Of a stretch of 64,000 bases of DNA, positions 32,487 through 40,673 are shown piece after piece; position 1 is the stretch's first letter, and each line of letters begins with the position of its first letter. A program made the position numbers and the translations under genes. This DNA is from a virus, in IMG/VR virus record IMGVR_UViG_3300023179_000072, positions 17,338 through 81,337 of that record; one strand, given 5' to 3'. A model generated the notes under the pieces. The model had not been told where the DNA came from, did not search any database, and saw only the letters and a program-made list of their open reading frames with translations.

Positions 32487-32687
32487 AATATTTAATTCAA
32501 TAGACTCGCCATAAATCCTTTACCAGATTAGACTTACATCAAATGTGGGCGTCCATATTGATCATAAGTCTTTATACCTCAATAACATAGGGGTGGTTTT
32601 TCTGTTTTTTTTACCCTTTTCCCAACCCAGACTAAAAGCGGAGGGTGGTTGATACGCAATCGAAACCAATAAAATATAATGTATTAC

Positions 32688-33848
32688 CTAAACTATCCCT
32701 GTAGACCCTTGTTTCTTACTCTTTCTTTGTCTTTTTAGCTGTCTATAAGACAAGCTGAATCTTCTGTTTCTATTAGAATCCAGTATATCAGGATACTTTT
32801 CTTTTAATTTAAGTTCCTTTTCCCATCTGTACGCAGCATATGATACTTTTTTACCGCACCATATTTGGTTACCACTCCAGCGGTCAGCAAAATATTGCGT
32901 TAACTTGTATAAATCTGCTTTAAACTCTATCCACTTTTCCTCAAATTCTTTTGGAAAATCCCCGCGTTTATCAAGACTGTTTTGTCTATGGCTTCCTTTT
33001 TCTAGATGATCAGGATTAAAGCACCGACCGTTACCACATTTATGTCGTATTAATTCGGGATACTCTCCAGTTTTTTCCCAATACGCAACCCTATGCTTTA
33101 ATAGTGTCTTGGTTTGACCAGAGTCTTTGGATTCGCCAATAGTTACCTGCATTCTAGCATAACCACTAACATGAACATCATTACTTTCTTTACATCCCGT
33201 CTCATTATTTATAGTATAAAATTTTGTATAAGAATTATACGTAATAGCTTTTTGTAGCCATGGTCTCAAATATTCTTCGTTATTGGAGGCCCACGTATTC
33301 AATAAGCAATTTTTATTGTATTTATTTAGATAATGTGTTTCTTTCCTCAATAGCTCAGCCTCACTACACTGCTCAATAATAGCATACTTGATAGTACAGT
33401 CTTTATTATTAAAATAAGACAATAACAATTTTGAATTATGCTTATTATGTTTTAAGTCTCTGCAATGTTCTGTTAGTCTTTTTTTAATGTTTATACTACT
33501 ACCTATATATAGTTTGATATCATTAATTTTAAAAGCAGCACACGAATCATTTTTGTCATATTTCCAAACAAAATAAATAGCATAGACACCAGAAACACTA
33601 TTTTTCATTCGTTTGATATTATTAATAGTTTTCCATTGTTTGATCACAGAATGATCTACATTAGTTTTTATATCTCTTAGCTTAAACATATTACTCAAAT
33701 ATGCTTTGCTCACATTATATTTTTTTATTAAACTATTAGTAGTAGCACCAGCTGCATATTCTGCTATTAATTTTCTTTCTTGGTTGCCATTTAATATGGT
33801 TTTAATTTTGCGTTTAGTTTTGTCCTTACTGCCTTTTGGTCTTGGCAT
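32688..33848 (-). CDS. Endonuclease with GIY-YIG and His-Me-finger (HNH) domains
   Basis: SGVYAIY...LYIGSS...KRLTEH; HRVAY...IRHKCGNGRCFNPDHL...N. Confidence 0.75.
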   Translation of the reverse strand: MPRPKGSKDKTKRKIKTILNGNQERKLIAEYAAGATTNSLIKKYNVSKAYLSNMFKLRDIKTNVDHSVIKQWKTINNIKRMKNSVSGVYAIYFVWKYDKNDSCAAFKINDIKLYIGSSINIKKRLTEHCRDLKHNKHNSKLLLSYFNNKDCTIKYAIIEQCSEAELLRKETHYLNKYNKNCLLNTWASNNEEYLRPWLQKAITYNSYTKFYTINNETGCKESNDVHVSGYARMQVTIGESKDSGQTKTLLKHRVAYWEKTGEYPELIRHKCGNGRCFNPDHLEKGSHRQNSLDKRGDFPKEFEEKWIEFKADLYKLTQYFADRWSGNQIWCGKKVSYAAYRWEKELKLKEKYPDILDSNRNRRFSLSYRQLKRQRKSKKQGSTGIV

Positions 33849-33849
33849 T

Positions 33850-35475
33850 TTATTTCCTAATAGTGAACTGATGGGTTATTGTTGTTTGTTTCGATACAGG
33901 ATCAAATACCTGAATCTTAACGTTATTATAACCCCTATGAAACCAGTTCCTATTAAATAAAATATTAAAGCCATGATTAGTACCCCACACAGTCTGCATT
34001 AATGCTGGCCTATACTGATTAGCCCACTGACCAGCAACTAATCTATTATTAACTAGTATTCTTACAATCACAGGAGAACTACCACTTATTTCACTATAAG
34101 CCCATCCCGTCACTCTTCTTAAACTTATAAAACCTACATGAACCACAGGAGGAGGAACGGTAACCTTTGTCGAAGCTATTTCACTCCAAGATCCGCTCTG
34201 AACGTCCTGAGCCTTGATACTTATAACATGTTCCCCTACCACCAGACCACCCAGATTAAAAATGAAAGATCCATCCGAGTTTGTTATCTTGGTAGTTACT
34301 AAAGTATTATCTATCCACAACTGAACGTTTACTGATACCGAACTATCAGGATCTTTTGCCCAACCACCTATAACTCTTAAGGTCTGGTAATTAATTGCCC
34401 CAATAGGAGCTTGATTATGAGTATATGGAATCCCCAACAAACTATCTACAGCCGCCTCTAAATTTAATTTGCCCCCAGTAGCTACCTTACCAAATAATTC
34501 TGGAATTTTATCCACGTTTGAGAATAACACAGTCTTAGTTTCTGCAACACTTATTCCTGGCTTAACAGCATTTAATAACGCCACAGCCCCAGCAACAAAT
34601 GGAGAGGCCATGCTAGTTCCACTCATATATCCATAATTGTTATCTGGTAAAGTAGATAAAATCATTGTGCCAGGAGCAGCTAAGTCCACAGTTTCATTTC
34701 CATAATTAGAATATCCAGATAAATTAATATTATCATCCCCTAATGATGCTACACTAATAATATTATCTAAATTATAACAACTAGGATAATTTAAGCTAAT
34801 ATCATTATTGCTAGAACTATTTCCTGCTGCCACCGTAAGCATAATATTACTATCATTTAATTTAGATATTTCATTATACATTACTGAACTATAATTAGTA
34901 CCCATATTCCAGCTAGCATTAGCCACAACTATATTTATATGATAAGTATTTTTCATCATTAAAATATAATCCATAGCTTTTAAGGCCCCACTTGTATATC
35001 CCACCCCCTTATCATCCATAAATTTTAAGCTCATTATACTAACATTCCAATTTATTCCACAAATTCCCAACCCATTATTCCCTTCTGCACCAATTATGCC
35101 CGCAACATGAGTTCCATGACCATAATTATCTTGAATATTATTAGTATTATCAACAAAATTCCACCCATGAATATCATCAACATATCCATTATGATCATTA
35201 TCTATTCCATCTCCTGGTATTTCTCCAGGATTAGTCCACAAATTATTTTTTAGATCATTATGGTTTACATCAACTCCACTATCAATAATAGCCACCACCA
35301 CATTTTTTGATCCTGTATAGTTTGTCCATGCATTATAAGCTGAAGTACTATTTAAGCCCCATTGATCATTAATTCTATTATCATTAGGAGCTATTGATAA
35401 TAGTTGTTTGGATTCTAATTTCTCTATGCCCAGAACTTTTGTGTTCACTTTTGCTCTTCCTTGAAACAAATTCAA
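33850..35475 (-). CDS. Subtilisin-family (S8) serine protease with planctomycete extracellular N-terminal motif
   Basis: IIDSG, HGTHVAG, GTSMASP triad; LGIEKLESKQLLS; real start probably GTG at 35448. Confidence 0.92.
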   Translation of the reverse strand: MNLFQGRAKVNTKVLGIEKLESKQLLSIAPNDNRINDQWGLNSTSAYNAWTNYTGSKNVVVAIIDSGVDVNHNDLKNNLWTNPGEIPGDGIDNDHNGYVDDIHGWNFVDNTNNIQDNYGHGTHVAGIIGAEGNNGLGICGINWNVSIMSLKFMDDKGVGYTSGALKAMDYILMMKNTYHINIVVANASWNMGTNYSSVMYNEISKLNDSNIMLTVAAGNSSSNNDISLNYPSCYNLDNIISVASLGDDNINLSGYSNYGNETVDLAAPGTMILSTLPDNNYGYMSGTSMASPFVAGAVALLNAVKPGISVAETKTVLFSNVDKIPELFGKVATGGKLNLEAAVDSLLGIPYTHNQAPIGAINYQTLRVIGGWAKDPDSSVSVNVQLWIDNTLVTTKITNSDGSFIFNLGGLVVGEHVISIKAQDVQSGSWSEIASTKVTVPPPVVHVGFISLRRVTGWAYSEISGSSPVIVRILVNNRLVAGQWANQYRPALMQTVWGTNHGFNILFNRNWFHRGYNNVKIQVFDPVSKQTTITHQFTIRK

Positions 35476-35533
35476 AACTCTATATCAGCACAAGTTAGCA
35501 TAAAAAGCTCAAAAATCAATAAGAATTTTTTAT

Positions 35534-36481
35534 TTATCTTATATAAATTTCTACTCTTGCAGACCTATTGATACCTGTACTATTATTACAACAATTAATT
35601 ATATCACCAGCTGAATAATTACCAAAATTAGAATCCAGACCAATACCATTGCTAACATCATTGGTTCCTGCCCAATAACCCCAACTATTACTAAGGGTGG
35701 ATGGAGAAGAATAATTTCCTTCTCCATTGTCATTCCAACCAAAACCCCATCGTACTCTTGCGGTACCATAGTTCCAAAAGGGTCTTGGATAACTTTTAAA
35801 ATTGAATCCATAAAAATTGATATCTTTCTGTGTTGCAAAAATATTATTCCCCCAGTTTGGAGAATTTGTTGCTAGTCCTTTAAAATATCCTCCATAGTTT
35901 CCTCCTGTATTAACACCACCAGTATTAAAGGTGCCAGCAGTATTAAAAAAATCGATTAAACATATTCTATTTCCATCAAAGAAATTATTCTCCAGCCATG
36001 TCCAACAATTAAAAGGATTAGGAGTTATTGCTCCACCCCCATTATTTACTAAAATATCCGGCCAAATAGCCATAATATCTTTAGCTTGAAAAGTATTCAT
36101 AATATGAAATTTAGCATCACTATTATTTCTATTAGCATCACTATGATTTAAAGTATTAGCTTGTGTCCAATAACTAGAAATATAATTAAATTTAGTACTA
36201 CCCAACGAAGCTTTCATAGCCAACATCCATGCTCCTCCATCAAAAGATGAATCCATTAAACAGTATGTTAAATTATTATTAATTAAATAAACTCCGTTAG
36301 GAGCTGTTGGTAACATATTTTTAATTTCTAAAGCATTATTAAAACTGATTGACCCATTAGTTGTTGGTGTTATATTATTTGATTCTATAGAATATGGACC
36401 ATTTCCACAATTATTAGCTGAGTATACTCTAAATTTATAATTAGTATTATTACTAAGATTATTAATTTTTAACATTTTCAT
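35534..36481 (-). CDS. FN3 C-terminal half plus fibrinogen-like domain protein
   Basis: NNLSNNTNYKFRVYSANNCGNGPYS; GVY...YCLMDSSFDGGAWML. Confidence 0.7.
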   Translation of the reverse strand: MKMLKINNLSNNTNYKFRVYSANNCGNGPYSIESNNITPTTNGSISFNNALEIKNMLPTAPNGVYLINNNLTYCLMDSSFDGGAWMLAMKASLGSTKFNYISSYWTQANTLNHSDANRNNSDAKFHIMNTFQAKDIMAIWPDILVNNGGGAITPNPFNCWTWLENNFFDGNRICLIDFFNTAGTFNTGGVNTGGNYGGYFKGLATNSPNWGNNIFATQKDINFYGFNFKSYPRPFWNYGTARVRWGFGWNDNGEGNYSSPSTLSNSWGYWAGTNDVSNGIGLDSNFGNYSAGDIINCCNNSTGINRSARVEIYIR

Positions 36482-36499
36482 TTTTATTTTTCCTTTTTT

Positions 36500-39400
36500 T
36501 TATTTTGGATTTATAAAAGGAGCATCAGATGGTGTAAAATTATCATTATATCTTGCAACACCCTTGGTTATACGGAATTCATCAAAATAACCCAGAATAT
36601 AACCAGCATTTCCGTTATCCCCACCTATTGCTAATGGCAAATTATCATTAATATTAGCTGATGAAGATCCTCCACCACAATAAATTCCATTAATATACAT
36701 TCTTATTGTGCCATTATCTCTAACAACTGCGACATGATTCCACTGATTAGGAACAACAGAAATATTGCCAGGTAAAAAGCTTGATGTTTCATCAATCCAC
36801 ATTAAGACGTTATTTACACCATTATTATAATTAGTATCTAACAAGAAATACCAACCTCCAGGATTAGGTGCTGTTGCGGTAGATGCTATTGATCCCCATG
36901 TGTAGTACCCCGATATGCTTCCTGTCCAATATAACCAACATTCTATTGTAAAGTTTTGAGTTCCAAATTGTATAGAAGAACTATTATTTACTATAGCTTT
37001 TTTACCCCATGAAGAGCAATCTAACGAATTATTGAATTTGCCTATTTGGTTTGTTATAGCAGCACCATTTATAGCATTTACAACATTACTATTAATGGAA
37101 CTATCAATCAGATTGGTATCTCCATTACCGCTATCCATGTGTAACAGTAGCGAAACATTATTTATATAAGGATCAGGATCACTGAATGGAACATTTGAAG
37201 GATTACAATAGTCGGGGAACGGCGCGGTGGGCGGAACGAAATTGGAGGTGTAACGGGCCATTGACGAGATGCGCAAATCGTCGATGAAACCCGAAAAATT
37301 AAACCCGTAGTTCGGGGCACTCCCAATCGAAATGCCGCTATTCGTGACGGGGAACGTCTGAGTGCTCGTGCCGATTAACGTGCCGTCCTGATACATCGAA
37401 TTGGTGCCGACATAACGAACGCACGCTATGTGCGTCCATGCGTCAACGCCAACGGAACCGCCCGCAATCGCCCCTGTGAGTGCGTTGTTCCAGTAGAGCG
37501 TTCCGTTTGGCGTCACGTACACGTTCATGCCTCCGACACCACCACGGATGTTGCCGGCCTCAAAAAAAGTTTGTACGCTACCACCACCGGCGGCGCGTCG
37601 CATCCACAGTTCAATCGTAAAATCGCCCGACCAATCAAATCCCGGCAGCGACGCAGACAGGTAATCGCCGATGCCGTCGAACGCCGCGGACTGAGATCCG
37701 AACTTGCATTGCGCCGACGATTGCGTTGCGTTGCCATTCGCCGTGACGGTTTTGGGAGTGCCGCTGGAATCGGTAAACGACGATCCGTTGCCTTCCATGT
37801 GTAACAGTAGCGAAACATTATTTATATAAGGATCACAATCACTGAATGGAACATTTGGTGGAGTGAAATTATTAGTATAAACTGCTTTGCTAACTATTCT
37901 AAGTTCATCTATATAACCATTTAACACATACTGGGATGCAGGATGTTTTCCTATTATTAGAGGAGCATTTTCTGTTACAGAATAATATGAGCCACTAGCC
38001 TGACTTTGTAGGTTTCCATCTACAAATAAAGATGTTAAATTACCATCGTAAACCACTGCTATATGATGCCAAGTTTGGGAAGATGGTTGGTTTATAGCTA
38101 TATTTCCCCATGATGGACTACCTGGATAAGCCATAGCATTTAACCACTGCCAGTATAAAGTATTATTTTCTACAAACAAATTGTATTGTAGTCCATTTAC
38201 ATAATTCCACTCACCTTGTGAAGCTCCTTTTGAGATTAAAACCTTATCTGTATTATCTATAAAATTAACAAACATTTCTATAGTAAAGGGTTGATTATTT
38301 AATCCGAGATCAAACTTAGTATCATCTGGTATCGAAATATAAGAATCATTCGTACCATTTACATATAAACTAGATCCTCCAAACTTGCTTTGATTCGTAC
38401 TAATTTTTGCATTATTATATGGTGTTATAGATGAATTATAACAACTACTATCAATAAAGTTAGTGCTTCCATCATTACCATCAAAATGTAGAAGTAAAAC
38501 ACAATCTTGACATTGATTTGAGGTCGGGGTTGGGGTTGGGGTTGGTGTAGCGGTTGGAGTTGGTGTAGCGGTTGGAGTTATATAAGCATCACAATCACTA
38601 CTGAATGGAGCAGTCGGAATTGCAATATTACTGTCTGATATTAAATTAAGTGCAGAGCCTGAGCCTATAGTAAGGCGTAATTCATCAATATAACCAACAA
38701 AAGATGGAAAATAATTTTCTCCACCATACCCAATATAGGTAGGCTCAGTATAAAAAGTTATAATACTATTATTAAAACCACTACCAGCAAAATTTCCATT
38801 TATATACCAACGCCATATATTAGATGCGCGAGAAAATGCAATATAATTCCATTGATTAACCACAACCTGACTATTAGCGGATAAATATAAATCGTTAGCA
38901 TTAGGAAGATTATTTATATGAATTTTAGGAACTAGAGAATCAATATGAACCACAAACTTTGCATGATCACCTGATCCGCCGCTAGTTGCATAAATTCCAT
39001 AACGCCCAGAAGATTGTGTTGGATAAATCCAGCATTCGAAAGCTAAATCACTATCATTAATATTAAAATCAGAATCATATTCACTATAGATCCATCCATT
39101 GTTGGTAATCATAGAATTACCAAATTTGGCGAACCATTTAAATTGTACTGGATTACCCGGTTCAGACAATATTAATGTTTTTGGAATATTACTAGAGTCT
39201 ATAAATACATTACTTCCATCCTCACCATCAAAATGTAGAAGTAGAACACATTTACATTGATTTGGGGTCGGGGTCGGGGTAATGTATTCGTTCCAAATCG
39301 ATCCACCATCAATACTATATTCTACTATATATTTTAGTGGTGATTTACCACTATTAATATCTGATATTTCATCCCAAATTAGATACGCTTCGCTATCACC

Positions 39401-40663
39401 CGCTATTGTTAGGATATTTGTAGGAGCTTCTGTTGGTGTTGTACAATTATTAGAATCAGGAATGACACTATTACTATTAACACTATATTTAGTATCATTA
39501 ATATTATATATAGCTCCAATTCTAAAAATATAAGAAGTTCCATTATTTAAATTTTTAAGTAGAATATAATTTAAAGTTGGATCTATATAATTTAAATAGT
39601 TATTCCAACTAATACCATTATTAATACTATATTGTATATTATATCCTAATACTTTTAATATATGATTATTAGGAAAGCTCCAACTTAAAAGAGCACTAGT
39701 ATCTCCACTTTCCGCCTCCACATTGAATGGTATATCCAACTTTACTTCACAGGACTCATAAGATCCTATACCAGCACTATTTATTGCAGCTACTCTAACT
39801 AAATATGTTTTATCAATAGTTAAATTATTAAGATTAATATTTGTATTTATAGAATTATTAATATAATCAACCCAATCTATTCCATTATTATTAGAATACT
39901 GTATACTATAATTAATAATTTCTCCGCCATTATCATCATCTGGTTTAGTCCATAATAATGATATACTGTTATTAGAATCAGCATGAGCAGATAAATTAGT
40001 AATATTATTTGGAATCGATATTTGTGTTCCTGTTGATGGAAATGGAGCAAGAATACTATTTATATTAAAATTATCGTTATATCTACATGATCCTACTCCT
40101 TTTGTAATTCTTAACTCATCTATATAGCCATTAAATGTTTCACTACCATAACTATGCATACCAGTACCAATATAAACTTCTCTAGAGTACCCCAAATCAG
40201 AAGCTGCTGCCCCACCACTAATTGATAAAGATTGGTTACCATTAATATATACGCTAATATTTCCATTATTTCTCACCAATGCTAAATGATTCCAAGCATT
40301 TAGGGTCACACTATTAGCTCCCCAATTCCAAGATGTGCCATTAAAATATAATTGGTCTCCATTTGTGCCCATTCTCCATAATAATCCACTATCATATCGT
40401 CCTATAGAAATAAGAGTTCTCCAATTAATATTATCTAAAGGATAAATCCACATCTCCACTGTAAAATCTTCTGTTCCAAATCCAAAAGCAGGATCGCTTT
40501 CTATAAAAACATACGGAGATCCACCGTTAGGAGCATAGTCACTTCGTCCACTTAGTTTTAAAGATCCCGATTCTGTACCAAATCTATCTTTATTCTTACT
40601 TATAAAAGCCCCATTATATAAAGTAACATTTTTAGGGGTTATAGATGAATCAATAATATTCAT
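36500..40663 (-). CDS. Large LamG (ConA-like) x5 / FN3 surface or fibre protein
   Basis: Repeated LLLHFDG..DSS..FTIE.W..WxH.A..GYIDELRI modules; AAGGA RBS before ATG 40663. Confidence 0.85.
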   Translation of the reverse strand: MNIIDSSITPKNVTLYNGAFISKNKDRFGTESGSLKLSGRSDYAPNGGSPYVFIESDPAFGFGTEDFTVEMWIYPLDNINWRTLISIGRYDSGLLWRMGTNGDQLYFNGTSWNWGANSVTLNAWNHLALVRNNGNISVYINGNQSLSISGGAAASDLGYSREVYIGTGMHSYGSETFNGYIDELRITKGVGSCRYNDNFNINSILAPFPSTGTQISIPNNITNLSAHADSNNSISLLWTKPDDDNGGEIINYSIQYSNNNGIDWVDYINNSINTNINLNNLTIDKTYLVRVAAINSAGIGSYESCEVKLDIPFNVEAESGDTSALLSWSFPNNHILKVLGYNIQYSINNGISWNNYLNYIDPTLNYILLKNLNNGTSYIFRIGAIYNINDTKYSVNSNSVIPDSNNCTTPTEAPTNILTIAGDSEAYLIWDEISDINSGKSPLKYIVEYSIDGGSIWNEYITPTPTPNQCKCVLLLHFDGEDGSNVFIDSSNIPKTLILSEPGNPVQFKWFAKFGNSMITNNGWIYSEYDSDFNINDSDLAFECWIYPTQSSGRYGIYATSGGSGDHAKFVVHIDSLVPKIHINNLPNANDLYLSANSQVVVNQWNYIAFSRASNIWRWYINGNFAGSGFNNSIITFYTEPTYIGYGGENYFPSFVGYIDELRLTIGSGSALNLISDSNIAIPTAPFSSDCDAYITPTATPTPTATPTPTPTPTSNQCQDCVLLLHFDGNDGSTNFIDSSCYNSSITPYNNAKISTNQSKFGGSSLYVNGTNDSYISIPDDTKFDLGLNNQPFTIEMFVNFIDNTDKVLISKGASQGEWNYVNGLQYNLFVENNTLYWQWLNAMAYPGSPSWGNIAINQPSSQTWHHIAVVYDGNLTSLFVDGNLQSQASGSYYSVTENAPLIIGKHPASQYVLNGYIDELRIVSKAVYTNNFTPPNVPFSDCDPYINNVSLLLHMEGNGSSFTDSSGTPKTVTANGNATQSSAQCKFGSQSAAFDGIGDYLSASLPGFDWSGDFTIELWMRRAAGGGSVQTFFEAGNIRGGVGGMNVYVTPNGTLYWNNALTGAIAGGSVGVDAWTHIACVRYVGTNSMYQDGTLIGTSTQTFPVTNSGISIGSAPNYGFNFSGFIDDLRISSMARYTSNFVPPTAPFPDYCNPSNVPFSDPDPYINNVSLLLHMDSGNGDTNLIDSSINSNVVNAINGAAITNQIGKFNNSLDCSSWGKKAIVNNSSSIQFGTQNFTIECWLYWTGSISGYYTWGSIASTATAPNPGGWYFLLDTNYNNGVNNVLMWIDETSSFLPGNISVVPNQWNHVAVVRDNGTIRMYINGIYCGGGSSSANINDNLPLAIGGDNGNAGYILGYFDEFRITKGVARYNDNFTPSDAPFINPK
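37134..37857. repeat. 64-bp direct repeats flanking a GC-rich LamG module
   Basis: 37134-37197 versus 37794-37857, two mismatches. Confidence 0.9.
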
Positions 40664-40673
40664 TATTTTATCC

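Larger units (their letters stand above)
12372..32589. repeat. Dispersed repeat family A: 78-bp double dyad (TAAGTNNTT-N7-AANNACTTA, 28-bp GC-cored linker, second dyad), 21 copies
   Basis: Copies at 12372-12449, 13590-13667, 14836-14913, 16626-16703, 17922-17999, 18849-18926, 20189-20266, 21272-21349, 22858-22935, 23466-23543, 24311-24388, 26117-26194, 27037-27115, 27881-27958, 28269-28346, 29148-29225, 29648-29725, 30413-30490, 30990-31067, 31818-31895, 32512-32589. Confidence 0.95.

Noticed and set aside
12372-32589. Element A as a CRISPR array
   Set aside because: Copies are degenerate and separated by 0.3-2 kb of genes rather than 30-40-bp spacers; no cas genes.
12372-32589. Element A as canonical integron attC sites
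   Set aside because: RYYYAAC/GTTRRRY ends are not conserved, no IntI in the window, and modules carry their own promoters; only the architecture is similar.
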